A DNA stretch of 64,000 nt. Origin: an uncultured virus (IMG/VR IMGVR_UViG_3300037466_002047). Lineage: Duplodnaviria > Heunggongvirae > Uroviricota > Caudoviricetes. Below the pieces are notes generated by a model. The model had not been told where the DNA came from. It saw only the letters and a program-made list of their open reading frames with translations, and ran no database searches. The stretch lies in the IMG/VR virus record IMGVR_UViG_3300037466_002047, one strand, 5' to 3'. Shown in pieces: positions 1 through 10,318 of this stretch. Numbering within the stretch: position 1 is the first letter of the stretch; the number at the start of each line of letters is the position of its first letter. Both the position numbers and the translations under genes were made by a program.

Positions 1-254
1 GGTTGGTGAACAATGTGCCGGTTAATCTCCGCGATCCGGCGTTTTGCATCGTCGCTCAGTTGCCAGTCGTAGAGACTGCCGGACAGTACGACCTCTGGAT
101 TGAGGTCGGGCACATTGACGGGTTCGCCGCGAACGATGCGCGCGGCCTCTTGGAGAACTGCACAATCTGGACATGACCAGCCGAACGGGCTTTCGACCGA
201 ACGGCGCGCGGCGATCTGCATCAGCCCGTCAGCAACCTCTTTCGGCGTCAACAT
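1..254 (-). CDS. hypothetical protein, partial (runs off window start)
   Basis: ATG at 254 overlaps the end of ORF 248..373; open frame MLTPKEVADGLMQIAARR...CPDC... continues to the window edge. Confidence 0.5.
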   Translation of the reverse strand, partial: MLTPKEVADGLMQIAARRSVESPFGWSCPDCAVLQEAARIVRGEPVNVPDLNPEVVLSGSLYDWQLSDDAKRRIAEINRHIVHQ

Positions 255-373
255 GCGCGGCCCTCCAATTTCAGGTCTTCGATGAGCAACTGGATCTGCG
301 CGGCGACGATGGCGTTCGCGGACGCCGAGTCTCGGATCATGCGCAGGCGGGTGAGGAGATCGGCGCGCTTCAT
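248..373 (-). CDS. 41-aa hypothetical protein
   Basis: MKRADLLTRLRMIRD...; TGATG coupling with ORF 373..852. Confidence 0.5.
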   Translation of the reverse strand: MKRADLLTRLRMIRDSASANAIVAAQIQLLIEDLKLEGRAC

Positions 374-852
374 CAGAGCGACCTCCCCCGCTGCCGAAGG
401 CCAGGAGCGCTGCGATCTTCGTCCTCGATGACCTCCCGCTCTTGCCAGCCCAGCGGGAAACGGAAAGACGGGTCAGCGACACCATACAGGTGATACTTGT
501 TGCTCGTGTCGACCTTCCGGCTCTCGGCTGGGTACAATTCGACGGCCTCGCATTCCGGCCCGAGCAGTTCGTTCTTGATCTGCTGGAAGTGCCGCCAATC
601 CCGAATGCAGGGAGCGCCGTCGCGCCGCCGGATATTCAGGTGCACGAGTTTGCGCTCGGCATCGAGGACTCGGCGCTCGATTTGATAAAGGTCGTTCACC
701 CACACCTCGGTCGACACGTCCTCTTCATCGAGGCGGCGCTTGGCATCCTCCAGCGAGAGGCCGTACCGCTGGGCGGTGGCTTCGATGACCGCGCGAGGGG
801 TGTGGTTTACGAAAGACCGAACGAGCGGTCGCCATTTATATCCCGCGGTCAC
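373..852 (-). CDS. conserved phage hypothetical protein
   Basis: motif DWRHFQQIKNELLGPECEAVELYPAESRKVD..N.YHL, which I recognise as recurring in phage proteins; coupled to neighbours. Confidence 0.75.
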   Translation of the reverse strand: MTAGYKWRPLVRSFVNHTPRAVIEATAQRYGLSLEDAKRRLDEEDVSTEVWVNDLYQIERRVLDAERKLVHLNIRRRDGAPCIRDWRHFQQIKNELLGPECEAVELYPAESRKVDTSNKYHLYGVADPSFRFPLGWQEREVIEDEDRSAPGLRQRGRSL

Positions 853-1178
853 GGTTTCGCCTCGGCTTCGTTGGGCTGCTCCAGAGAGCCGCGCTCTGCC
901 GGTTCGCCATGGCGGCGAAGGCGCTGGAGGCGTTCGGCACGCTCGTCGTCATCGGCCTTCTGGCGGTCCCGACATCGCTTTGCCGACTCCTTTAGCATTC
1001 GAGCAACGACGTCGGCCTCGTCAGGACTCATCCGCGCCACATAGGGGTGCTCGCCAACGCGGATCGCCACGAAGTTGTCGCGCCCGTCAACGATGCGAAC
1101 CGAGATGCCCTGCTGGTCAGCGAGCACCTCCTTTCCGACCCCGGCCATTAGACCGGCCAGCCCATGAATTTCTCGCAT
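849..1178 (-). CDS. hypothetical protein
   Basis: ORF with upstream GGAG; overlaps the start of the next gene. Confidence 0.6.
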   Translation of the reverse strand: MREIHGLAGLMAGVGKEVLADQQGISVRIVDGRDNFVAIRVGEHPYVARMSPDEADVVARMLKESAKRCRDRQKADDDERAERLQRLRRHGEPAERGSLEQPNEAEAKP

Positions 1179-1197
1179 TTTCAAATCTCCTGAATTT

Positions 1198-1274
1198 TGG
1201 TGCGCCCGGCAGGACTCGAACCTGCATCGAAACCGTTATGAGCGGTTAGCTTTCACCAATTAAGCTACAGGCGC
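1198..1274 (-). tRNA. tRNA with CAT anticodon, most likely tRNA-Ile2 (lysidine-type); Met not excluded
   Basis: reverse complement GCGCCTGTAGCTTAATTGGTGAAAGCTAACCG-CTCATAA-CGGTTTCGATGCAGGTTCGAGTCCTGCCGGGCGCACCA: 7-bp acceptor stem, D arm, anticodon stem AACCG/CGGTT, GGTTCGAGTCC T arm, encoded CCA; G1-C72 pair argues against initiator tRNA. Confidence 0.93.
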
Positions 1275-1280
1275 TCAGAT

Positions 1281-1305
1281 AAACCCCGGGGCCGAAGCCC
1301 CGGGG
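1281..1305 (-). terminator. GC-rich UUCG hairpin with short U tail (terminator or processing signal)
   Basis: CCCCGGGGC-TTCG-GCCCCGGGG-TTT on the minus strand, between ORF 1319..1684 and the tRNA. Confidence 0.6.
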
Positions 1306-1318
1306 CCGCACAAGGCGA

Positions 1319-1684
1319 TCAGTTTGCCGTGCCGGTCAGACCAGCACCGTCCGTGATGACCGCCCCCGAGGCGACCAGCATGCGCTGCACCTCCTCGAAG
1401 GTCTCGATGACCGCATACCCACCGCCATCGATGAACGTGAGCCGAGAGCCCGGCCCGCGCGTTTCACGACGCGGGGTGATATTGCGGATCGTCTCGACGT
1501 TCACCATGAGGGGCTGAGTCACCGCAGGGGTGCCATCAGACAGGACCGGCGACTGAGCCGCGCCCTGATTTTCCCCGACGTCGTCGGTGTCGGTGAACGA
1601 AACGACATTGCTGGCTTCGGCCGGAGCGACCGGAGCAGGGGCAACAGCATCACGGATCACTTTGTGCAGTACGATGGCGCGCAT
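1319..1684 (-). CDS. hypothetical protein
   Basis: GAGGAG RBS before MRAIVLHK; C-terminal beta-rich segment. Confidence 0.65.
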   Translation of the reverse strand: MRAIVLHKVIRDAVAPAPVAPAEASNVVSFTDTDDVGENQGAAQSPVLSDGTPAVTQPLMVNVETIRNITPRRETRGPGSRLTFIDGGGYAVIETFEEVQRMLVASGAVITDGAGLTGTAN

Positions 1685-1737
1685 GGCGCTCTCCTCTTCA
1701 AAACCGCCTAATTTCCGGGAGGCGGCAAACCCGGTCG

Positions 1738-2271
1738 TCACTCGGCAGCCTTGCGGTACCGAGAGAGTTCGGAGGCGAGCGCCGGACGGCCGGTGCGGCG
1801 ACGCCGCTGGCGCTCGATGTGACTCGGTGCCTTGTCGTCCACCGACGCCTGAACGGCGGCGTCGAGATGGGCGCGCGGCAATTTGAAATCGCGATAGCCT
1901 TCCTCGATGCAGCGCAGATACGAGATCGAGGGCGGCATGATGCCGGTCGAATTCATCTGGTAGAACATGCCTTCGGTGAAGCCCTCCCAGGGCTTGCGGA
2001 GCGGGAACGTCACCTTCCGGTACATGCCATGCTCCGGGTCATCGGGACGGAAGCCCTCATACCGGTCCAGCGCGACCTCGCACTCCGGCGTGATCAGCCA
2101 AAGCCCGCCCCAGCATGAAGCGCCGGGCTCGTCGGCTACGTCCGCGACGCCGCGGAAAACGAGCCGGACGCCGTTCAATTTGAACTTGCCGACCGGCTGC
2201 GCCTTCGGGCAGCGCCAGCGCATCTGGCGCATGTTGAGGTTCGACCCGTAGGCAAAATAGAGTTTGGACAT
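1738..2271 (-). CDS. gamma-glutamylcyclotransferase (GGCT/AIG2-like) protein
   Basis: N-terminal LYFAYGSNL motif, LDRYEG, PPS..Y...I.EGY. Confidence 0.88.
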   Translation of the reverse strand: MSKLYFAYGSNLNMRQMRWRCPKAQPVGKFKLNGVRLVFRGVADVADEPGASCWGGLWLITPECEVALDRYEGFRPDDPEHGMYRKVTFPLRKPWEGFTEGMFYQMNSTGIMPPSISYLRCIEEGYRDFKLPRAHLDAAVQASVDDKAPSHIERQRRRRTGRPALASELSRYRKAAE

Positions 2272-2542
2272 TTTCGGCTCCGTAGGGCGTTCCCGCGCCC
2301 GGTTTCTGTGTGTTCGCTCCTTCGCGGGGCGGTTGCAAGTTCTAATTTTCGCGCTGCCAGTCGACAAGGCAGGTATTGCCGATCTTCGACAGCGGGAGCG
2401 GCGTTCGGATGCGCCAGTCGTTTAGCACGCCAAGTTTGTCGCGGAAGGGCGACACAACGGCCACCTGATCGTTAATCGCCACGATGAACGATAGCTGCCG
2501 CCAGAAAAAGAAAATGCCATTGAGGGGCAGGTGCTCGCGCAT

Positions 2543-2803
2543 TTACTCCTCCCCGCCATTCGACGCGGCAGCGGACTCGAAGTACGGCTTCATGCCGAGC
2601 GCGAGCGCGGCCATCGCCAGCCCGATATAGCGGGCGGCTTGCGACTCTCCATTTTCCCAGGACGTGAGCGAGCGGCGCGAGCAACCGAGCGCCTCCGCGG
2701 CCTGTTCTTGCGTGAACCCCATGCGCTCACGCCACGCGCGGATCATCGCGGGCGTGATGGGGCGCTCGGCTTGGACCGGAGCGGGGGTGGTAGGATCAGC
2801 CAT
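2543..2803 (-). CDS. XRE-family HTH regulator
   Basis: IRAWRERMGFTQEQAAEALGCSRRSLTSWENG. Confidence 0.85.
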   Translation of the reverse strand: MADPTTPAPVQAERPITPAMIRAWRERMGFTQEQAAEALGCSRRSLTSWENGESQAARYIGLAMAALALGMKPYFESAAASNGGEE

Positions 2804-2820
2804 GATTTCCTCCTTCAGGA

Positions 2821-3909
2821 TTAAGCGGCCCAGGACACGGAACCCGCAAGATCGCGAGTCCGCTGTTCGATGTACTCACGTTCGGCATCGCTGAGATCGA
2901 TGAGCGCAGCGAAACCGGAGATCGAGATGTCGGCGCGCGGCACCGACGCATCGACCTGCGGAGCGTCGCTGGTGGCCCAATAGCGGACCTCGCGGCCTTC
3001 GCGCCGTGTCGTGAACGCAAGGCCACAGGCGCGCGCCTGTGCGGGAATGGACACGCTCGGCCAATGCAGCGCGGCGCAGATTTCCTGCCCGGTCACGCCT
3101 TCCGGCCGGAGGAGCATTTGGCCGACTTGCCAAGCCTTCGACCCCTGGCGCGCGCGGTTGACGGCGCGCGGAACCTCGGCCGCAACGGTCCCGATTTGCA
3201 CGTCTGCCTTGCGAGCGGCAAAGGCCATTTTCAGGCAGATCGAAACCCAGCGCGTCGACTTGGTCGCGTCCAGCGTACCGGAGTGCTGGCGGAATTCGAT
3301 GGTGCGGTGACGGCGCAGCGCATCAAGGTTTAGTTTGAAGTAGCGGGACTCGTTGGAAAAGCGACCGGCGATGCACGTCCGGATTTCATCGACGTTGGCA
3401 GCGCGCTCGAGGGCACGGCGGTTGCCGTTCAGGCTCTCCAGGGAACGACAGTAGGCGTTGTTTTGCGCCCGGCGCGACGCGGGCATCATCGCATCGATCA
3501 CCGGCTCGAATGCCGCATAGATGCGAACGGCGTTCTTCAGGAAATCCAGCGAGACGGCCGCGCCGTTGATCGCCGCACCGACATGTACATGAAAGCCGCA
3601 CTTGCGATTGACCGTGCAGCCGAAATCCGACAGCGCCTCGGCAACCGCCGCGACCTCCCGCAGCCCGGCCTCGCCCATCAGCACCGGAGAGACAAGCTCG
3701 ATGCCGCGGGAATAATCCCCGAGCGAGCCGTCCGCGACGACCTTCCAATCCGTCCGGGTGATGTGGTTGTAGTTTTCGGCCATGCAGCCGCGGTCAAAGC
3801 CGCGGGCCTGGAGCCGCTGAGAAACCGCACGGGCGACCGCAGACTGGCTGCTGGACTCCGGCAGGTAGCATTCGAATTCGACGCCAAAGGATTGATTGAG
3901 GTAGGTCAT
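2821..3909 (-). CDS. putative amidoligase (COOH-NH2 ligase type 2) with a C-terminal DUF3489-like wHTH insert
   Basis: FGVEFE, W.VV.DGSL, IELVSPV, CGFHVHVG, RYFKLN, TIEFRQH.GT motifs. Confidence 0.85.
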   Translation of the reverse strand: MTYLNQSFGVEFECYLPESSSQSAVARAVSQRLQARGFDRGCMAENYNHITRTDWKVVADGSLGDYSRGIELVSPVLMGEAGLREVAAVAEALSDFGCTVNRKCGFHVHVGAAINGAAVSLDFLKNAVRIYAAFEPVIDAMMPASRRAQNNAYCRSLESLNGNRRALERAANVDEIRTCIAGRFSNESRYFKLNLDALRRHRTIEFRQHSGTLDATKSTRWVSICLKMAFAARKADVQIGTVAAEVPRAVNRARQGSKAWQVGQMLLRPEGVTGQEICAALHWPSVSIPAQARACGLAFTTRREGREVRYWATSDAPQVDASVPRADISISGFAALIDLSDAEREYIEQRTRDLAGSVSWAA

Positions 3910-4096
3910 TGGCTCGGCTCCGCGAATTCCCGTTCGCAGGGTCAAATTTGCTCGTAAAAGACCGACTTGCAACTGAATTGTGAGGCAGATTAGCGCAAAT
4001 GATGTTGCTATTTCGCATCCCCGGCGGTTTTGGGAGATCGGGTGGCGGAAAATGTCGGAAAGTGGCCGAAAGTGCCAAGCCGGTCCGCTCGGCAAA

Positions 4097-4131
4097 GAAA
4101 ACCCCCAGGGCCCGGCCAGGGGCCCCAGGGG
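4097..4131 (-). terminator. rho-independent terminator candidate
   Basis: GC-rich imperfect hairpin followed by TTTTCTTT on the minus strand, downstream of ORF 4163..4537. Confidence 0.5.
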
Positions 4132-4162
4132 CGAAGCAGCCGATGGCCTGCGCAAGAGCCGA

Positions 4163-4537
4163 TCAGGCCACCCGGTACCGGGTCGGAGACCCGGGCTGCT
4201 TTTCCTTTTTCAGTTTGACGCCTAGCGCCTTAGCCTGCTGCGGCATTGACACCGAAGGCCAATCGCACGCCTTCATGACCTCGGCCGCAGTGCAGCCGGT
4301 CGGCCGCTTCAGCATCGTGGCGATTTTCGCCAGCTTGGAGCCGGGGCGAGGCCCGGCCTTGGCATGATCGACCTTACCCCGAGCCGCGGAGCGCGCGGCT
4401 TTCTTGCTGGTACGCATGACACACTCCTCTTCTGCCCCGGCACCGGCCGGAGCGGCTTCGTCAACAGCGGAGGGGGACGCAGGTTCCGAGGCAGACTCCG
4501 CACCCGCCTGGGCTGGTTTTCGCTTCCGAACGCTCAC
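4163..4537 (-). CDS. DUF3489-like winged-helix protein (alternative start 4417)
   Basis: RPGSKLAKIATMLKRPTGCTAAEVMKACDW...RYR. Confidence 0.7.
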   Translation of the reverse strand: MSVRKRKPAQAGAESASEPASPSAVDEAAPAGAGAEEECVMRTSKKAARSAARGKVDHAKAGPRPGSKLAKIATMLKRPTGCTAAEVMKACDWPSVSMPQQAKALGVKLKKEKQPGSPTRYRVA

Positions 4538-4558
4538 GATACAACTCCTCCAAAGTGG

Positions 4559-4969
4559 TTAGAGATCGGCAGGCTGCGGGTCCGGCCATTGCCACAGAAC
4601 GACCCCATTAATGGCCGTTTGCGGGCGGGCGACCACTCCCATGGCGATGGCCATCTCGGCCTCTTCGCGCCCGCGGCCGAAGAAACGGATGGGCGGCAAC
4701 TGCTCGAGATCGACAGTCTCTCCAGCGTCGTCGACGCCGAACAGCACCGCATTTCCGGCGACCAGCCGACCGGCCATTCCGAAATAGGACTGCTCCTCGG
4801 GAGGGGTGAACAGCCCGTACTCGAACACGATGAACGCGAGATGACGGGACACAGAGCCGAAGTCGACCTCGCCTCGTTTCAGGCCCGCCGCCAGGATTGC
4901 ATCCTGCACGTCCGGCAAGTCCACGATCTCGGCCTTGCTCTCGGCGGCATTGACGATTCCAAATTTCAC
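4559..4969 (-). CDS. hypothetical protein
   Basis: GTG start coupled to the upstream stop; FIVFEYGL...LVAGNAVLFGVDDAGETVD. Confidence 0.65.
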   Translation of the reverse strand: MKFGIVNAAESKAEIVDLPDVQDAILAAGLKRGEVDFGSVSRHLAFIVFEYGLFTPPEEQSYFGMAGRLVAGNAVLFGVDDAGETVDLEQLPPIRFFGRGREEAEMAIAMGVVARPQTAINGVVLWQWPDPQPADL

Positions 4970-5445
4970 GACTTCACCTCCACAGGGACGATGCCGAGCA
5001 AATCGCGAAAGGGCGGATTGCGCGCCTCGTTGGAGGCACCGCGCGCCGCCCGCTCGGTCATCGACCAGCGATAGACAAACGGGTTGAAATGGCCCTTCGA
5101 CCACAAGGTCTCGAATTGCTGGATATCGCTGGCCACGCGACGCTGCACGAAAGCCTCGATGCCGCCGCGCGTGATCTCGGCCGCGGCTGCAATGCGCCCG
5201 GCCTCGAAACGCATGGGGGAGCCTCTGTCGCGGTAAACAGCGGGCTCCATCGGACGGCAGGCCGCGATGAAGGCCAGCCAATTGAAGTGGTCGATATCTT
5301 GCTTCGTGGGCGAGGGGTCGTAAGCGCGCTCTCGGTGCGCGCCCACGTCCCGCTGGCAAACGAGCGCGAATTTATACTCGCGCTCGGATGCCCGCTTGCC
5401 GACCACCTCGCCGTTCCATTTGGCGATGTAGGTGATCCTAGCCAT
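4966..5445 (-). CDS. hypothetical protein
   Basis: GGAGG RBS before MARITYIAKWNG; coupled to neighbours. Confidence 0.6.
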   Translation of the reverse strand: MARITYIAKWNGEVVGKRASEREYKFALVCQRDVGAHRERAYDPSPTKQDIDHFNWLAFIAACRPMEPAVYRDRGSPMRFEAGRIAAAAEITRGGIEAFVQRRVASDIQQFETLWSKGHFNPFVYRWSMTERAARGASNEARNPPFRDLLGIVPVEVKS

Positions 5446-5848
5446 GACCAACCGCCTCCGTTGCGACCGCGACCACGGCCCGGCGCATGCCGCTGGAGAG
5501 TTTCGGCCAGAGCGCGATGAGATCGACCGCGACCGGATCGATGGCGAATTTCTGCAGCGGGTCGTCCGCGACCGGCACGCCAGGGACGCCCATGCCATCA
5601 AAGAAAAACGATGGCGTGGTCTGCAGCACGGTGGCGATTTGCGTAAGGCGAGACGCGCCGATGCGGTTTTTCCCCTTCTCGTACTTTTGCACCTGCTGGA
5701 AGGTGAGGCCGAGCCCATCGGCCAACTTTTCCTGCGACAGGCCGAGCATCAACCGGCGGTGCCGCACCCGCGACCCGACGTGCACGTCCATCGGATCGGG
5801 GCCTTTCCGCCCAACGCGGCGGTTAGAGTTTTTCAAGTTCTTCGTCAC
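5438..5848 (-). CDS. XRE-family HTH regulator (alphaproteobacterial type)
   Basis: DVHVGSRVRHRRLMLGLSQEKLADGLGLTFQQVQKYEKGKNRIGASRL. Confidence 0.9.
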   Translation of the reverse strand: MTKNLKNSNRRVGRKGPDPMDVHVGSRVRHRRLMLGLSQEKLADGLGLTFQQVQKYEKGKNRIGASRLTQIATVLQTTPSFFFDGMGVPGVPVADDPLQKFAIDPVAVDLIALWPKLSSGMRRAVVAVATEAVGHG

Positions 5849-5866
5849 GGTTCATCCTCCTTTTGG

Positions 5867-6760
5867 TTACCAGCCGAAGTTCTCAGCGCAGATCGGGCCG
5901 ATGCCGCGACCGAGGGAGTCCTCAGCCGACAACAGCCGCCCGCAGCACGCGCAATTCCCGGTGAGCCGCCCGTAGCGGATCGCCGCCTCCTGCGGATCGA
6001 CCGCGGCCTCGAGCACCATGCGCTCCTGCTCGTCGGTGCACTCGCGCGAGCGGACAAAGCGCCCGCCGGTGATTTTGCCGAGGTAGGTGCCCGCCTCGCT
6101 TTTTGCGTACACAATGCCGTTGGCGCGGGCCTCGGTGCTGCGCGACGGCAGGGCGAAGATGACACCGGCCACGCGGAGCCGGGGGAAGCGCAGGATCGAT
6201 GCAGCGCGACCGAACGCCTCGGTGATCTTCGCCATGTCGATGGGGCGGGCGGCGGACTCACGAGCGACGCGCTCGGCCTCACGAGTCCGGGCGCGCTCGG
6301 CATCGCGAGCGACGCACCGCTGCACGGCGGCAAGCTGGTTTTCGCTGAGCGCCCGGCCCTTCGTCACGACCTCGAGCATCTTCGCGGCGAACTCGAAGCG
6401 GGGAGCGGTGGCCTGCATCCAGACCCATTCGGCGGCATGGTCGCGCTGGAAAGCCTCCAGCGCATTGACCCGGCGACGGGCAGCACTCGCGACGTTACGC
6501 TGGCGAGTCTCGCGCGACGTCTTGAATTGCAATTTGCCGGTGCCCTTGCAGGCAAAGCACTGGCCGGAGGAGCGGCCCGACCAGCCGCGGAAGACGCCTG
6601 AGCCGCCGCATTTCCGGCAGGGCTCCTCGAAAGACGGCGGACGGTAGTCGGCCGGAGGAGTGGCGGTGCGGGTGGCGACGGGCGCGCTCGGATCGAGCAA
6701 GTCGTCCAGCGGGTCGCCGTGCAACTCGTCAAACACGCGGGTGACGGGATCACGAGACAT
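5867..6760 (-). CDS. DnaJ-like Zn finger plus DUF6011-like protein
   Basis: CRKCGGSG...CFACKGTG; C-terminal CACCGRLLS.EDS.GRGIGPICAE. Confidence 0.8.
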   Translation of the reverse strand: MSRDPVTRVFDELHGDPLDDLLDPSAPVATRTATPPADYRPPSFEEPCRKCGGSGVFRGWSGRSSGQCFACKGTGKLQFKTSRETRQRNVASAARRRVNALEAFQRDHAAEWVWMQATAPRFEFAAKMLEVVTKGRALSENQLAAVQRCVARDAERARTREAERVARESAARPIDMAKITEAFGRAASILRFPRLRVAGVIFALPSRSTEARANGIVYAKSEAGTYLGKITGGRFVRSRECTDEQERMVLEAAVDPQEAAIRYGRLTGNCACCGRLLSAEDSLGRGIGPICAENFGW

Positions 6761-7389
6761 TATCGGCTCCTTTTTCAGCCCCGGGCGGTTCCCGCCGCGC
6801 CGTGGCCTTTCCGTGTTCGCTCTAACCGATGGGGGAGTCAACTCCTAGTTTCCGCACTCAACCCGGCTGGAGTAGTGGCATTTAATCCCGGTGGACTATG
6901 GGCCCCAGGCCCGGCATAGAACCGGGCATGCGCGCATTTGGTGACCCGAACAGCGATGAAGCCCGGCAGTATCTGCTGGATCGCCGTTGCATTCGGAATC
7001 ACCCCAAGCGCCACGGCACCGGCAAGCGCAACGCGCGCATCCGCCGGAAGCGCAAGGCCAAGGTCGCGCAGGCCAATGCAATCCGGTGGCGCGACCGCGG
7101 CAAGTTCCTCGATGCATCCCGCGCATATTGGCGCGGCGAGGCGGACCAGCACCCTTACTGAGCGAGGGATCGCGCCGCGGCCTTCCCCCGGCGCGTGAGG
7201 GACCAGAACCTGGGCCGGGCCGTTGCCACGCGTCGCCCCGTTTCATCGGAAGCGAATATCAGCCTGCGACAGCAAAGCGATTGCAGCGTTCGGAACTCCT
7301 ACGGCCCGCGGACCTCGCGCGGCCCCGCCAGCATTTCGAGGAGGATGGTGCGCTGCGATGGCGAGGGATAGCGATCCAGCATGGCTAAA

Positions 7390-7516
7390 CAACCCATTTT
7401 CTCGTTCGCAACCAAAGGGTAAAGCATGAATTGCGCACAGTGTTCCACAAGGCAAAACTAGCTGGGAACGCCGGGAAAGGGTATGTGAAGGGGGACCGGG
7501 AAAACGAGAGCCGAGA
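7390..7516. promoter_or_regulatory. divergent promoter region
   Basis: AT-richer non-coding stretch where gene orientation switches from minus to plus. Confidence 0.45.
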
Positions 7517-7729
7517 ATGACCTCAACATCACCGAAGAAAATGGCGCTCGCCGCCAGCGTGCTCACCGACGATTGGCAGAGCCTGCAGGACATCACGATT
7601 AAGTCCGAACGCCCGATGACGCACGTTCGCGACGACCTCACCGCGCTCTACGAGGAAGGCCGAGCCGAGCGGCGATACCAGCGCCATGGTAGCGCGCGGA
7701 TCGTTTATTTCCGCAGGCCGCAACAATGA
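7517..7729 (+). CDS. small winged-helix-like protein
   Basis: first gene of the rightward operon; helix-turn-helix-wing-like pattern. Confidence 0.5.
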   Translation: MTSTSPKKMALAASVLTDDWQSLQDITIKSERPMTHVRDDLTALYEEGRAERRYQRHGSARIVYFRRPQQ

Positions 7730-10318
7730 AAATCATGCTCGAGCCGACAGGCGCGCACGAGATCTTCAACGGGCAGCCTTTCCGCGTATTCAAAGGCCGC
7801 ACCGACAGCGGCATCGAAGTCCAGATGCTCGGCATGTTTCGGGTGACCGGCGGCGAGATCGCCCGGCAGACATTCATGCAGCAACTCGCGGACGCGGTGG
7901 GGGGGGACGGCAAGCACCCCACGCACGCACTCGACGGCCACAAGTTGATCGAGGGTTAAACGTGGGAGGGGGGAATGAAGCGAGAGCAGACACCGGCACG
8001 GCATGCGACGCATTGTTTCGCGACGACGGAAAGCGGTGGGTACTTCCTCATCACGTGCGGGTGCGGCTGGCACACCATGAGGCTGCAGCAATTTAAGGCC
8101 GCGGCGACACAGGCGGCGGTGGCGCATGCCGCCCAGGACAAGCGAAAGGGGAATGAACGTGAGCACAAAAATGCAAGCCGCCCGCGAGCGGTATGAAGCA
8201 GCGGCCCATGCGGTACAGAGCGGCGTCGCGACTGAAATGAATATCCCGGGCCGGGAGGCTGCGACCACGCCAAAGCATCTCCGGGTGGGCGTCAACATGG
8301 CGATGACCGACCATGCCTCTCTCGCGGAATTGTTGATGGCAAAGGGCATCATAAGCGAGGAAGAATACTTTGAGGCGCTCGCGGCCGGGGCCGAGCGCGA
8401 GAAGCGCCGCTACGAGGAATTGCTCTCCGAAATTTTCAATAAGCAGATCACGCTTGCATGAGTGCCGCCTCGCAAAGCGAGATGGGGCTAAAAGAGACGC
8501 TCGCGGAAATCGAGCGCCTCGAGGCGCATAACGACGAACTGCTGCGCGCGATCAAGAGCGCGGAAGCCCGCGTCGCCATTTACAGCCGGGCGACAATGAG
8601 CCTCGCGGAAATCGTCGCTACGCTTTGGAGGAATGGCCAGTGAGGGATTTCAGGGTGCCCATTCGGATCGAGGCGACAATGACCGTTCGGGCTTTTACCG
8701 TGAGGCACGCTCACGCGCTCGCACGCGAAGCCTGCAAAGGGGTGGATGTCGAGTTTTCGAGCCCGACAGAGATCCAGACCACGAAGGTGCGTCCCGCGGG
8801 CGTTAATCGAGTGAGGGCGAAGGGAGTCAAGGTCGATGAGCGAGTTTAAGCAATACCGGCGCACGACCATCGCTGAGATGCGGCCGTGGCAGCCGAGCGA
8901 GCGAATGGACGGCATCTCCATTTCTCAGGCCGACAGCGATGCAGGTTCGCCCAAGCTGGGCGACATGATCGCGCGCAACCCTGAGAACCACGCCGATCAG
9001 TGGCTGGTTGCGGAAGCGTACTTCGCCGCCAATTTCGTGGAGTTGGGATCGAGCCCGACCGGCGCCGAGCGATATTGGGAAGGCCGGTGGCGCGCCGAGA
9101 AAGCGGAGAATGACTCGCTGCGCGCCGTCCTAGAGGACGTATTGGGCCGCATCCGCGTGATGCAAAAACTGCTACAGGGGGACAAGCAATGATCACCGCC
9201 GCAATCGTGGTCGCCGCTATCGCGTTGGAATGGTTCGTAATTTTCCCCGCACTCGCCCGGCTCGGGAATTAAACAGTGCGCCTTCGCGCCATCGGTGGAC
9301 CGCATAACGGGCAATGGCTCGAGGTGCGCGATGATTTGCGCGAGGAGGATATGCACACCGAGGAGGTGACGCAGTCGAATGGGTCGTTCCGCGACTACCC
9401 CGGCCCCTGCGAGGATGAAGACTCTCTGCGCCGCCCGGTGTCATACACCGTCGCGCGCTACATCATGCATTCGATGAGATTCTGGGATCGCCGCAGCCGG
9501 AGCGCGGGCGAAGCCGACCAGCACGAAGTCCTCGTCCACGAAAGCATGAATCTCTTTGACGCGGTCAGCTACGCGCTGAGCGAATGGGCACCGAAGGATG
9601 CCGCGCCGGAGGAGGAGGAGACTCCTCTCGCGGAGATCGATGACGCCATATTCGATCAGGCGATGCACGACGCGCTTGTGACCGGGCGCGGCGTGATCGT
9701 GTGGAGCGATGATCGCCCGGTCGCCGTCCGGCCGGAGGATCAGGCGCGGTTAGACAATGAACGTGCTCTGATGGAGGAGCGCCAGCCGACGAGCACGCAA
9801 ATCATGCGCGAGATGGGGGCAGCGCAGGCACGCCAGCGGCAGGCCGTCGAACGTGCCCGGCGCGATATTGAGGAGGCGCGCGCGCTCGAGGCGTTTATGC
9901 GCGCCCGAGCCCGTGCGCAGAGCCTCCAGGGCGCACGCATGCAATCACAGGAGGCCGCCCGGCCGCAGCGCGCGCCACGCGAGACGCTCGCAAGCCGCCA
10001 TGGCATTCCGCATCCATTCCGCCAACCGGTGCAATTCGAGGAATTCGCGCGGCAGCACCCTACCGTAGCGCGGGAATATCTCAGGCACTTCGAAAGCGAC
10101 AACGGAGGTTAGGAATGTTCTGGGATATCTTTAAAGCTTGGATGTTGGTCGCGGTGGGCATCGCCGTGGTCACAATTGCAGGAGCCTTCGCGGGCAGCAT
10201 GCCGGTCCTTTATTGGGCGGGCACCCTGGCATGGGCATGGCTCATTTGCGGAGTCATCGGATTTGGAGTGCCAGTCCTGACGATCATTGGCCATTCCGCA
10301 TTCAAACGCGGGGATTGA
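7726..10318 (+). CDS. run of about 9 coupled small hypothetical ORFs (7726-7959, 7975-8196, 8159-8461, 8458-8643, 8640-8849, 8836-9192, 9189-9272, 9276-10112, 10115-10318)
   Basis: ATGA/GTGA overlaps and purine-rich RBSs; 8836-9192 has the phage-like motif GSPK.GDMIARNP.NH.DQWLV. Confidence 0.6.

Noticed and set aside
1198..1274. tRNA as attachment site of an integrated prophage
   Set aside because: It is flanked on both sides by co-oriented phage-like genes, with no duplicated 3' end and no integrase seen.
6838..7400. Competing ORFs on both strands (6928-7161 plus, 6838-7152 minus)
   Set aside because: I cannot decide which, if either, is real; no recognisable family motif.
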